This document shows positions 1-13,353 of a stretch of 64,000 bases of DNA, piece after piece (within the stretch, counting starts at the first letter, position 1; every line of letters begins with the position of its first letter). The notes beneath the pieces were generated by a model. It saw only the letters and a list, made by a program, of their open reading frames with translations. It was not told the origin of the DNA and searched no databases. The translations under genes and the position numbers were made by a program. Location of the stretch: contig NC_068997.1 of the NCBI RefSeq assembly GCF_001194135.2, positions 11,821,420-11,885,419 on the forward strand, read 5' to 3'. The stretch is from Octopus bimaculoides (lineage: Eukaryota).

Positions 1-354
1 TATATACATGTATATATATATATATATATATACATACATACACACGCATACACCTCAAGAGATCTGTTCACACAAATATACAGGAAAACATATCAATAAA
101 ACAAACGCGGCGTAAATGTATGGTAAATAGTAATTATCTTCGTTTCCCGAAAAGGAGACACGATCGCCTGGTGGCAATTTATCCGAGACCATCGGACACC
201 ACGGTTTCGTTTTTAAGCCTTGATAGATGTTATTAACACTGCAATACTCTGACACGGCGGACTGAGGTGTATGCAAAAACCACTGCCTAGTATTTTGCCT
301 GTCTTGAATCTGTGACACACACATGCAAAATTTGTAGAATATATGCAACTATAT

Positions 355-545
355 GCGCAGCCGTGGCTGTGTGGTAAGAATCTTGCTTCTCACCCACTTG
401 GTTCCGAGTTCTGTCTCACTGCGTGATATCTCGCGCAACTGTCTTCTACTACAGCTTCAGACTGACCAAAGCCTTGTGAGTGGATTTGGTGGATGGAAAC
501 TGGAAGAAGCCCGTCGTATATATATATATATACATGTTTATATAT
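355..545 (+). mobile_element. tRNA-derived SINE, family A, 5' half
   Basis: A-box-like TGGCTGTGTGG (364-374) and B-box-like region, followed by the body GTCTTCTACTA..GACCAAAGCCTTGTGAGTGGATTTGG..GGAAACTG.AAGAA.CCCGTCGTATATAT. The body recurs at 12661, 19900 (+) and 18396, 35409, 41158 (-). Confidence 0.85.
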
Positions 546-552
546 ACACGTA

Positions 553-789
553 TATTCTTTTACTCTTTTACTTATTTCAGTAATCTGAGTACGGCCATCC
601 TGGAGTACCGCTTTTAGTCGAATAAATCGATCCCAGGACTTATGGTTTCTTTATAAGCCTAGTACTTATTCTATTGTTCCCTAAAACCGAACCGCTAATT
701 TACGGGACGTTAAACACACCAACATCAGTTGTCAGTCGATGGTGGGGGACAAACACAGACATACAAATATACAGATACACACGCATACT

Positions 790-790
<1 letters not shown>
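553..790 (-). mobile_element. SINE family A, 3' half with (TAAAAGAG) tail
   Basis: The reverse complement matches the 3' half of the copies at 12830-12983 and 41158-41350 (CGGTTC/AGTACTAGGCTTA/GTCGATTT/CCAGCATGGCC). Confidence 0.85.
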
Positions 791-872
<82 letters not shown>

Positions 873-1593
873 CAATAAGGTACTCAGAGATCTAGATGTT
901 TGTACTTTTACAGATTTTTATTAATATGTCACATGTTTTTATAAATCATATATTAGCCGTTGCATCTACTCTAGTAGATTCTTCTACATAAGACACTCCT
1001 TCTCCTTCTTCTTGTGACATTCACACACCACACGATTATCTAACCGTTCGACCCGCACCTGACACTCCTCACTGCTACACACGAGAACTGCTAAGCTATG
1101 AGGGATATGTAAACACAAGTTTCTTATCAGAAGTTAGATCGTGCTGGCTATGAACTGACTTGGAGACTGCACTACCTGAAGATAGGATTTTATTCCGGAA
1201 TATTCCTATATCGAAAATGGTATCTTTGTCCATTATATATTTGTAACATATTTTTATTCCGTATTATTCCTCTAACATATTCAGAGAATGTGTTATTAGA
1301 ACTCAAATTTTTGCTCACATGGCGCAATGTGTGAAATAAATTTTCATAAATATATTTCAATGTAAAGGCCTTACTAAGAGAAGAAATAAAATCCAGAATT
1401 ATATATGTTTGAATTGATTACAACAATTTTTGGTAAAGTCACATCTAAGTGCCATGTATATAAAATTAACTTCACCTCTCTTACGATTGCCTTGCCAACT
1501 GAGGGTGACAGAGACATGCAAACAATCCTTTATGCCGAAACGTGATAGCATGTTCGACATATATGTATGGAAAACGCACACTAACTAATACAC

Positions 1594-1628
<35 letters not shown>

Positions 1629-2084
1629 AACACACACACATTTGCATTTGTGAAAAAAATGAGCATAAATACAGGTAATAAACAGAGAGCAAGGTAAAAA
1701 AAACACAGTTAAAATGTTTATGTGTGTTTCTATCTATGCATATATATATATGAGCATTTATCAGTATATGTACACACATATGGGTGCATTCTCTCACACA
1801 CATGTATAAACGTTCATTTTCCAGTGTCGTATCTCTTAGGACACCTTTTGTATTATATTATTGCTTTGAGGCGAAAGGAGAAATATTTTAGTTATATTTG
1901 CAGTACACATATGCTTATAATGAATATATTTGCTCTTTTCTGAATATGTTAACTCTGACAATGGCGGTCTGTAACATGGAAAAACATATTTGAATCATAG
2001 ATATTTAAGCTGTTATGTTCTTTTATTTTATTGCTTTATGCGGTTGCCATATGAATGCAAACAGCTTTATTTTCCATACGATGT

Positions 2085-2202
2085 TCAATGCCATCTACTG
2101 CAGACACACAGAAACAGCAAATATTGTCCAGCGAAGGCTTCTAGAAACAATATCTAAAAACAATAACTGGAAAGAATGACTAGACACAATGACTGGGAGA
2201 TA

Positions 2203-2266
<64 letters not shown>

Positions 2267-2375
2267 TTAATAATAATAATAATAATANNNNNNNNNNGCA
2301 AACCACAGCACATACCCAAGGCGCACAGAGCTGCGCTCGGTAGTGAAGTGAAAGCACGTTATAAAAATAAAACTA

Positions 2376-2411
<36 letters not shown>
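2085..2411 (+). mobile_element. Probable non-LTR retrotransposon 3'-end fragments embedded in (TAA)n arrays (R4/Dong-like)
   Basis: Two unique blocks (2085-2202, 2298-2380) each run directly into (TAA)n. R4/Dong-clade elements are known to target TAA repeats. The clade call is inference. Confidence 0.35.
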
Positions 2412-2412
<1 letters not shown>

Positions 2413-2659
2413 CCCCTGGTACAGTAGCAAGAAGAGGCTTTCATGGCTTTTGATCTTAACTGATTGGAAGTGTAACCATGTACATGTTTTATCTCGGTTC
2501 TAAAGATGGGCTACAGCAAATATTGTTCTCAATATCACAGATTCAATTTGTCAGTTGTTTGACTTTAAGCAGTTGAGCATGTCCCTTAACAACAATATTT
2601 TACCTTAGTTGTCAGAAGGGTATATATGAAGGAGGCATCAGAAATACTGTAAGCAATTT

Positions 2660-3720
2660 TTGCGGGGAGTTACTTTAGATATTCGGAGAAAAAATGGAAA
2701 ACAAAAACGGTGCTAGTCTTTGCTTTGTCCCTGTTGTGTGCCGTTTGTGTTGTACAATTAGTGTTCTTTCTCAGTATGTCTTTCATTCTTTTTTTTTTTT
2801 TTTTTTTGCATTTGTAGTGTTCCTTGTCTGAGTTTATGTTAGCTCTTGCATATTCGTTTTTTTTTATGTTTGTGTTTCTAGAAGGAAGAGAACCAGAACT
2901 TTTTCTTTCTCTTCCTCCCAGCAACTGACCAATCTCCATCACTCACCTCTGTTGATGTGAATGGTCCAGCTTCGTCCGGCGCAGAGCTCTTTGTCTCTAC
3001 TATCTTCTCCATTGCATCCTGCTTCGCCTCCTTCTCACCTGGAGCTTCCTTATCTGGTCTCTTTTGTTATACTTCTGGTTTCTCCTCTTTCTCCTTGTGT
3101 GCTTCACGTTGTAGGGCCTGGGGGAACGTTTTCCTTATGTAGCCCTTCAGCCCGCACCCGAAGCATCTTGAGGTTCTACCGTGGACAGTGACTCTCAACC
3201 TTGTCTAGTCCGGTAGGATAATGAATTCTGGTATCTCTTCTATATCCCCTGGTGTGGCTTGAATTCCTCTTGCCACACCAGTTCTGGTGTGGTAATATAA
3301 GTTCTTGCCACACATATAAGTTCTTGCTACGCATATAAGCTTTTGCCACACCAGTTATGATGTGGTAATATCCTCCTTAATGTTGGAACATGCGGATGCC
3401 AATAGCCACGTCGGTTTTATATCGAGTGAAAAACCTTCAATCGTAAGTTTTGTGGGATTTTTTACCAGGTATGTCGGCAAAAGAACTATCTTCTTCGTCT
3501 GTAAGGTGATCACTGAATCCTCCTTTGCGTCGACTTTAGGCATAAACTGTACTTCCTGGTACCAAATATTTTATTTCTATTTATAAATGACAATTTAAAC
3601 ATTACAGGCTTCAGAGAATCTTCTATGTCTTCAATGGACACTATCTCTATTTTCTTAGTTTTGGCGTCTCTTTTCAGGCCAAATTAAAAGGTTACCTGCC
3701 ATATAGGTCTCAGTCATAAA
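2660..3720 (-). mobile_element. Degenerate L1/Tx1-like ORF1 (gag-like) relic without ORF2
   Basis: The minus frame through 3240-2890 reads EEIPEFIILPD*TRLRVTVHGRTSRCFGCGLKGYIRKTFPQ...DGDWSVAGRKRKK. This is a decayed CX2CX4HX4C knuckle (3124-3165; H>Y, C>F) in typical ORF1p context, with in-frame stops. Confidence 0.65.
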
Positions 3721-5569
3721 CCAGCGTGTCTTGAAAAATTTACACTTACAGACCCGGAATAAATTTTCGGAATTTACCATATAAAATTGATATTTGAAAA
3801 AATCGCGTTTCTTTTGAGGTTCAGTTTCTTCTATAGAATATTGTGCTGAGATGTATATTTCAATAGTATGCCTATTTCATATTAGTTAGTGTCTTGTCAG
3901 TTATTAATATTTTTAATTTCCATTTCATGTTATTGTACACCGATAAAATTTGCTTGATGTCTTAAAAAATTTATATCATTCACCTTGATATTCCCTGATT
4001 ATCTTAATGATACTAGTTAGCAGGATGTTCAAAGTTAGCATCTTACGTACATGCTCATGGAGACTTAACATTTGACAATATCGGACACTCAACAATCGTG
4101 TAATATATTTTGTTACATGTATTTCGTTATGTATTTTCCTTTTCTTTGGGGATAATCCAGCGCATCTAAAACACGATTTTCTCTTTCAGCTATTAGCCCA
4201 GAATATTTTATGGAGTTTACTTTTATCCGCTATCAAGCTATTAGAATTAATGCAGATTTCCTTTTGCATTTTATCTTTTGCATGCCTTCTATCTATTTTG
4301 ATTTTCCATTGCATTTTCCTATTCTATTGTTTTGTCATTATGTAATCTTTAATTTTCAGTTTATTCAGTATGTATTTTGCAATATATTGTTTCGTTACGC
4401 ATACCGCAAATCTTTTGAGCTTTTTCTACTCCATACTCCATTTGACACTTAAAAGTTCCTTTTTGTTTCCTTCTAAGTATTACTAAAAATTCCTTTATTA
4501 CTTTATAACAAGTATCTCTCCCGATATCATTGTCTCCATAGCTTTTAGCTTGATGAGTTAGCCGTATCCAGCATTCTTTCTCAACTGTGATTTTATATCA
4601 TTTAAGTTCAAGCTTAAAGAAACTACAGTTTGTGACTGAAAAATGTAATCAACATAGCAATCAAAAAGAAACACTTAAGACGTCTATAAGTGAATATAAT
4701 GAAACAATATAGCAACACTCAGCTCTCCATATTAGTAAATATAATTCATTAATTTCCACAAAAGCATCTATTTTCAAATACACTCAAGTGAAGCTTCGTG
4801 AACATTTTCTCTTGACAGTCTCATCTCTTTTCTAATTTTCATTATCGTATTTTTTAAATGTATCATGGATTATTTTACTGATTACAGAATAAACTATAAC
4901 AGAGTCTTTGTTCAATTCATGTGCATATTGTCAATTTACGCTATAATTTATATATCATATCTATATGTATATATATATAATATCAATATGCGCAATACAT
5001 ATGCCAGCAGAAAGCCGCCCGGAGGATGTTTTTCTTCTAGTGTTGCTTGATTTAACATTGTTCGAGAATGGGAAACTGTTAAAGTATTTAAACTCTTTTC
5101 ACCACGAATCTATGAATTAAGCTTTATAGCAAAGGCTTCATCTTAGTAATGTTCAAAATGTCCACTCTCATCAAATACATAGTACATCTTACTACTTGTA
5201 CTTTAGACTAACAGAAGTGGAAACACCTCATTGATTTTTATCAGCAAAAAATAAGTAAACTGGTCAATCAATTCGGCTTATATTTCAGATTTATTCCCAA
5301 CATCAATTAGACATCTTCAGTCTTATTTAACATTGGGTCTGCTGTTGAATACTGAGATGAAACTTTGACGGAGTACATTGCGAAGCATGTTATGCAGTTG
5401 TTTAATAATGTTGGAGAGTGGACCATCATACTGTTTCTAGTATAAAACAAAGATGCGTTATTGTGAGGATTGAAATCCTCAAATGAATTCAGTTAAGCGT
5501 TAATGATATTCTTTATTTTGGTAACTGAAATTACGTTCCAGTTGCTGATAACTGATAATATGTTGTAAT

Positions 5570-5570
5570 G

Positions 5571-5655
<85 letters not shown>

Positions 5656-5716
5656 ATTACTGATACAGAGAGTAATAGTTACGTTATTGTGTATACTTTT
5701 ACGCATGTTTATATGT

Positions 5717-5769
<53 letters not shown>

Positions 5770-5773
5770 TATG

Positions 5774-5811
<38 letters not shown>

Positions 5812-5835
5812 TGTGTGTGTATCCATCTATCTAAC
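5570..5835. repeat. Compound (TA)n/(TG)n microsatellites
   Basis: Directly visible dinucleotide arrays. Confidence 0.95.
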
Positions 5836-7702
5836 TATCGTTATATATACATTGTATACGCAAATACATGCACACATACACCTACATATCCTAGTCTTTT
5901 TGGTTGAAAATTGTTACATTTGATGTCAATGTTATTGGGCTATATTGATCGATTGGAATCCAATATAGTCTTGGTAATTACAGTATTGACAACAGATAAA
6001 ATAAAAAGTGAAAAAAAAAACAAAGATTTTACCAATCACGATCCGATCGGGACAGTGTCAGTGTCTTATAGCGTTTGAAAATGATATTTTCCCATCATCC
6101 TTATGTATTTATTATTATTCGATGGTTTAGTTTTACACTAAAACATGTATTAGATTATTTGGAGTCCAAGGTGTATCAGAAAAGATAAGTGAATTGAACA
6201 TATCTACACGGAGAATATATATCTTAGCGCGTGAATCAGTTTGCTGTATAATTTTTTTCCTCTCTGCGCTTATACTTTTGAATGTGCTGAAACATGTTTT
6301 TGTATATATTTCTTGTAGCTGTTTAGTATGAGATTTGATAGGATGTTCCCGATTGAAACCAAGATATTTGAAATGTAATAGAGTAATTTTGGCTAACGGA
6401 AACACATATGCATTTGTTATAACCAGATCGTAGCGTTTTATATTGTATCATTCTAGGCTATACCTTTTCTGACACTTACGCAATTATTGGAAGGACACAA
6501 GCAAGAAAATAGCAATAAATTTATCCCAGTAGCCATGATTTCTCGAGCAGGCGGTAATATTTATTATGATCTTAATTAAATACAAAATTTTAAAAATAAT
6601 GGTTTTTTGTGGTTACTATTCCTGCTTCTTTTTTTTTTTTTGCTGTTCATATATACGTGTCTCTCTAAGTGCGATATTTCTCTATCAGTGGCATCAAGAG
6701 TGACAGTGGTACGGAGTTACATGTATAACGGTGTTTTGGTACCACTTTTAAAAGGGTGTCTTATCTTATTTATATGGTTTCGACTTGGAATAGATAATAG
6801 ATATATTTTATTTCTTGAGTAAGTATCTATGTTGATAAAACCGTCATTATAACTTAACTATAAGTATTATCACTATACATAAATCTTAACTCAAGTTACA
6901 TAAACGCTGTGATGAATTATATACATCAAGACGCTGAAACGTACATGTTGAAACGTACATGTATGTTGAAGATAACTACGTCGGTGTTCTTTTTCACCGC
7001 TATGACAGTTTCGTAGTTGCAAAAATAAATTTCATTAACATGTTGAAGAAAATGAAAAAAGAGAAATTATTTATTACATTAGTTCGTTTACGTACATTTA
7101 GTATGTTTTACACAATTCAAATAAGTCTTCTTGATTTAAGTAATAGACATTTCCTTAAAATAGCCAATATCTCAAAGGAGTGAGTATCGTGGAAATGAGC
7201 GGCAACCAACGAACACTGATTAATTTCCCAGCATCAGGGTTTTATAACTGCTCATACCTGAATTCTAAGAATTGCATTTTGTGACAGATTTCTGTTTGAT
7301 GAAAGTTTAGAATTTAAATATGGGCAATAATTTTAACCAATGGCAAACTAACAATTATACTTGTTCGGGTAAACATGACCATTACGTCATATTACCGCCA
7401 ATAAGGTTTATTTATGACCTGCGTCGCTGCACATACACTTTCGCAAGACCGATTCAATTATTTTCACCTTGTGAAGCACAGTGCAGCCAGAAAGAACATG
7501 TTTAGCATTGGTAGGAACATTGTAGCTAAACAAGAATTTTATTCGTCAAGAAAAATGTCAAGGTCATTACATATCTCGAAAATATATCAAATGCTCGTAA
7601 TTCTGACTAAATGAGTGACGTAAATAACCCTTTTAGGAAATATATAGCAAATAATTAACAGTGACCAGTGATACTTCTTAAGAGTTCATATGTTTCCATC
7701 TG

Positions 7703-7706
<4 letters not shown>

Positions 7707-7780
<74 letters not shown>

Positions 7781-7781
7781 A
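7707..7781. repeat. Compound (CTA)n-(CGA)n trinucleotide microsatellite
   Basis: A perfect CTA array switches in register to a CGA array. Confidence 0.95.
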
Positions 7782-10149
7782 ACTGTTACCGTCATTTTGT
7801 TGTATCTTTGGCACTCTTAAGCGGATATCTTCTATAAGAATACAGTTTTAAAACTTCTAAACTTTTACATGTAGATGTCTAATTAAGTTGCAACATATGT
7901 TTTCCTATTTTGTTTTTAAGTTTTCAACAAAACTTTTATTATCATGAGATTATATTCGAATGCACATTATACTGTTATTCAATCCTCTAATGGCTTACTG
8001 ACAATGTAGCATCTGCTTTGCGTATTATATACTGCAATTCAGCCGTAAGATATTACATGTTTATAAACTTGCTTATCTGGCTATGTAAATAATGAATATT
8101 ATAAAGACTGAAAAAAAAAACATTTTTTATATACTAAAGATACTTGTCTGGAAAATTTGCAATTATTGTGTATTTAATGAAAGAAAATGATAAACAAATA
8201 TAAAGATATACTAAATTTTTTATATTACACCTGTTACAAAAATATCAAATCGCTATGTCATTGACATATTCACAAGTTGATTAAAAAATTCGTGCGTTTT
8301 CAGCTGTGGTTATGAAGTAGATATCAAAAAAGGAACCATTTTGTATTAAGTTTATGCCATTCAAATGGAAGCGCATGTGTTTTGTTTTGTATTATTATTG
8401 TAAGGTTTATCTGATATTTAATAATCGACTTTGGATTTCATTTTCTTTTTATTATAATGTAAAGGACTTTAAATAATTTCACGTCAAACATTTAAAGTCA
8501 GAAACGTTAATCGTCCGAGTTAAGTGATTTGAAATGATGTGCAATTCTGTACTGTGTTCAAATTGCTGAGATGTCCAGCTAATGTGCGTTACCACAAAGC
8601 AGTGACACTTGGAACGTATCTGAGTATGGTGTAGACCTAGTGAACATTGTATGTCACGTAGGTAACTATTTTGAGGAAGTCGATATTTCAGGCTGCTAGT
8701 AGGGAAATGAAATTCATAAATCTCATTACTTATATCTTTGGCATAAAGATAAAAATCAGTCCTTTATAGGTATCTCTAAATTCGAAATTTTATATAATCT
8801 ATGACGTTTATATCTACTGCGACAATGAAACACATTGAAGCTAAAGAATTGCGGAATGAAAATGTAAGCATTCATTGAAGCAATGCTGTTAGTATATGAA
8901 ACATTTTAAGAGAAAATGTTCTTGAATTATCATATATTTTCTCCAAAGGTATAAGTCTATTTCTTGTGGCAAAGAACGTCTACTGAAAGGAATAGAGGCG
9001 AGAGAAATACATATCTGGCACTGCAAATTTTGCAATTATATTTTTAAAACGTTAAGATTAGCGTTACACTATTTCCGCTATTCTTACACTTTGAAAGTTG
9101 TTTAGCAAGTGTTAATGCGTTGAATAGTTTCCCTGATATAAATCAGATAAAACGTTTTCCGAAAAAAAAAAAAGAGAAATTCAGCAGTGTTTTACATGTA
9201 GAAAATTTGAAAAGTAATATGATTATATAAAGTTTCCAAACGCCTTTGTGTCAGACAAATAATACATATCCAATATATCGAAATGCGTAATTCAGAAGAA
9301 ATATCGTCACAGGTATACGCAACAGTAATATACCAATCAGATAAATTAGAAACACGAAGTCTTATAGATTAGATTATCATCTATTTTTTTATATAAAAAA
9401 TTCCGCGTTTGTAACATAAAGGTTACAACATGAACACTTTTCGTCTATTATATAACATTTTCTAGATAAACGCCCTTTCTTTTTCCTCTTTAACTTTCAA
9501 TTTTTCAGCATACAAACACGCACACCAATACACATATACAGATTAAAGTAGGAAGTGATATCTTTCCTAAAGATTTTATTCTAATTGAGCCAGAGTAAAT
9601 GCATTGTAACTTTACAGTTCCATAATACGCTCTCATGAACATAAAAAAAAAACATTAATAGATACTACTTTTAAAAAATCTAGATGAAATTGAATGGAAA
9701 AGCACCATAGCATTATATAGTTTCAGTAAAACAGCATTACGCATGCATTTTATCGGTTGTTCAAATTTGCTCATACACCGACTTCGGCACTTATATTGAT
9801 TTTATTTTCTTTTCTTTTTTGTATTCACTACGTTTATCTTGTATATATATTCAGTTTAATATTGATGGACAAACTAATGAAACGACAACGTAATACCATA
9901 ATTGTAAACACAAACGCACATAGCTGACAGCTCTCGTACATATATGCGCACGCACAATTTCACAAAATTATACCCATATATGATGGATGTTAAGGTGGGT
10001 TATGCTTCTATTATTACAGTATTTTTAGCAAGAAAAAGTTATTCTCACATAACTTAGCATTGGAGACGTTAAACGAAGAACATATAAATATGAATGAAGA
10101 ATCATTTCAATGCAAACGTAAGGTTCTCGACAACATTTAGCAGTTCTAG

Positions 10150-10294
10150 GTGTGGGAGTTTGGCCGTGTGGTTACTTCCTAATTCTAAAATAGTAGTTAT
10201 GCTATTGACAGATGTTTCAAACCTATGTAACGCATCGCTGGCTCCCTCACCTATTTTTCTAATAAAAAATAAAAAGAAAAGAAATAACGAGAGT
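10150..10294 (+). mobile_element. Short retroposed insert with A-rich tail and 18-bp target-site duplication
   Basis: AACATTTAGCAGTTCTAG occurs at 10132-10149 and 10295-10312. The insert starts with an A-box-like TGGCCGTGTGG and ends AATAAAAAATAAAAAGAAAAGAAA. Confidence 0.6.
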
Positions 10295-10435
10295 AACATT
10301 TAGCAGTTCTAGAAACCTCCTGGTAAACGTGCGATTCGTTCAATTTGCTTATGCCTAATAGATCAACAACAATGAGGTCGACAAAATATATTTTTGCTGG
10401 CAGTTCAACAGAACCACTTACGTTTTATTTAAAGC

Positions 10436-10530
10436 GTTTCTTTAATTTTTTACTCGTTTCAGTCACTTGACGGCGGCCATGCTAAAGCACCGGCTTAAAG
10501 GGTTTTAGTCTAATAAATCAATCTACCCCA
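10436..10530 (-). mobile_element. SINE family A 3' tail fragment
   Basis: The reverse complement reads GCCGGTGCTTTAGCATGGCCGCCGTCAAGTGACTGAAACGAGTAAAA, matching other family A tails. Confidence 0.7.
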
Positions 10531-10531
10531 A

Positions 10532-11419
10532 GACCTAGATGTTATATATAAACGGGCTGAGGACAGCAACATGCTTTAATGCAGGCAAATTCCAAGCACT
10601 CCCCCGCCAGCTAATTGGTGCTCAGAAGTCACAACAACGATACTTTGTACCAAAAGGAGCAACGTTCCCAGTATCACATACGGTGCGTGATCTTGGGATT
10701 AATATGAGAAACGATGCCTCGTTTCACACCCATAACACAGAGATGGTAGCGGTGTGCAGGCGAATGGCCCAATGGATTCTGAGAACCTTCAGAACAAGGC
10801 ACCAGGAAACTTTTCTGGTCCTATGAAGGACATTTGTCCTCGGTCGTCTGGACTATTGCTTTGAACTGTGGCCACCTTACACTGTTGGATTAATAGCGAA
10901 ACTTGAGGTACTACAGAGAACAGCTGAGCGTCTGGGGGAGACCAAAAGAGCTACGACTCTACTCCCTTGAACGAAGATGGGAGAGATATGCAGTGATATA
11001 TGTGCTGAAGATACTAGAGGGGCTGGCACCAAACTTTAGAATTGAGAGCTATACCAGACCTCGAATTTGACGTCACTGCACTGTTCCACAAGTCCCAGCT
11101 ATCCCATCAAAGGTGAGGACCATGTACTGCAAGAGCTTGTTATTCAAAGGCCTACAGCTATTTCGCGCCTTGCCAACACATCTGAGAGATTTCCATTGCG
11201 TCGGGATAGATGTTTTCAAGAATAAACTTGACCTCTTACGGTCCACGTTCCCACATGAACCAATATCAAGGCAAGAACTCAAAAGAGAGCAGCGGTGTCG
11301 AACTCTCTCCTCAACCAAAAGCCATTCACATAGAATTGGCCAATTAGAAGGTGATTACAGTGGCGCTGCCCCAGCATGGCTACAGCCTTAGTGCTGAAGC
11401 ATATAAAAGAATGAAATAA
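10532..11419 (+). mobile_element. 5'-truncated CR1-like LINE (RT C-terminus plus 3' UTR), frameshifted
   Basis: Reads DLDVIYKRAEDSNM/FNAGKFQAL...VRDLGINM...CRRMAQWILRTFRTR...LDYCFELWPPY...LYSLERRWERYAVIYVLKILEGLAPNF, the typical CR1/L2 post-RT motifs. It has stops and frameshifts, and ends in a CCAGCATGGC stem and an AAAGA tail. Confidence 0.85.
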
Positions 11420-12660
11420 TATATATACATATACATATTATTCACCGGTGTCATTACAAATGATATTAAAGTGTGCGCACTAATATATATGTTATATATT
11501 GCATATTGACGAATGCCGCATCTAGGAATATATTTAACAAATAAATATTATATCACCTTACAAAAAGCAGAAGTTTCTCATTAAGTTTCTGTCTGGTTTC
11601 TTCAAATTATTTTCGTCATATCGTTTTCATTTCCTTTATTTCCCTTTTCATCACTTATAACAAACAAGACTGATCTTTTTCTTGATCATTATATCATTTA
11701 CATATATATATTTCTGGAATTAAAAAAAAAATGTTGTAGATAAAAATTTGTTATTCGTACATGCACACACATACACGTTTTATCTCTGAAATATCTGAAG
11801 TTTTTGATATCTGAAATATCTAAAAGAAAAAGTATATAACCCTGGCTATACTGTTTGACACCGTGGTTGACCGCATACTCTACTGTCACCAGTATATCTT
11901 TGAATTAGTAGGGCTGTATTGAAACACTTTCGCAATTTTAGGTTATCTTACTAAACCTAATAACGTAGACGCTCACACAAGGACATGCGCATGCACACAT
12001 ATACAGAGACCGAGACATATATACTTAAATATATATGTTGGCAGCCATACGGAAAAATTGACAGTAAAAGAGATAGATATGCAGTAATCAATACTGCGAA
12101 TGGAATATCGAAATATACAATTCGTAAAAAAAAAAACCTATTTCGTAACTCTGAGATTTAGGCTTCTATATCTCTATTCAAATCAATGCAAAACGGGAAC
12201 CATTTAAAAGGACTATTGAGAGAACAAAGAGAGAGATGAATCAATTGAGTGGGAGTATGTGTAAGGGTAATGTATTTTATTGTGTGCTGAAGAGAGAATA
12301 CACGTTTTTATATTGTACAGCAAATAAAGACATAAGGCAACGATGGAATTTATACATAAGAACTGAAACTATGTTTTGTCATTCACAGAACTTGCTTCCA
12401 GAGGTCATTCACAGAGCTTCCTTCACACATAATTATTTCAATATTGAAGAAAGAAAGAAATCTGTAAGAAAAACGAAGCTGTTGAATGCAAAAGAAAAGT
12501 GCAAAAGTGTTTGTCATAGAAGTTTCTTTCTCAAAGCCAATTAAGTTGTAGAAAAGTAACCTGAAACACGCGAAGTTATTTATAAGTAAACGGAAAACAT
12601 CAACAAACAGTGATCAAAGAGAAAAAAAACTGAAGATGAACAGAGACTTCTTGTAAATCA

Positions 12661-12983
12661 ACAAGTGTCTTCTAATACAGCCTCGGACCGACCAAATCCT
12701 TGTGAGTGGCTTTGACACACGGAAACTGGAAGAAACCCGTCGTATATATAGGTGTGTGTGAGTGTGTGTGTGTTTATGTGTGTTTGTGTGTGTATGTATG
12801 TGTGTGTTTATGTATGTTTGTCTGTATTTATCTCCTCACCATAGCTGGTATGTTTATGACCCCATAACTTGGCGGTTCGGCAAAAGAGCCTGATAGAATA
12901 AGTACTAGGCTTAAAAAGAACGTCTTGAAGTCGATTTCTTCGACTACAACCCTTTAAGGTGGTGTTCCAGCATGGCCGCAGTC
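12661..12983 (+). mobile_element. SINE family A, 5'-truncated, with internal (TG)n
   Basis: Both the body and the 3' module match the other family A copies. Confidence 0.85.
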
Positions 12984-13353
12984 TTACTGTGTTTACTGTC
13001 TTGTTCTCACTGTCCTGTTCTTGTTAACACCTTCACCTTCCGCAAAAAAATTCCAAATTTTATTTAATTTGCTTTGCGGGAAGACTATTCTAACGAAGTC
13101 GCGTATTGTACTCGCATTCGACACGCAGAGTAGATGGAACAGGAACAACTGATGAAGGGTTATACTCCTTCTGTTGCATGTCTCGTTTCTCTATTTGTGT
13201 TTTCGTCTTTATGTTGGCGTTTCTCATTGTCTTTAACGTTTTTTTATGTCCTGTACCCATATATGCATGTACGTATACATATAGATGTAGGTATGTACAT
13301 ATATGTATGGATATATGCATATGTTTATATATTATTTATATTATATATATATA

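Noticed and set aside
1176-1212. CTGAAGA..GGAATATTC hammerhead-like string
   Set aside because: GAAA is broken and there is no stem I. It is better explained as an imperfect palindrome around ATTCCGGAAT.
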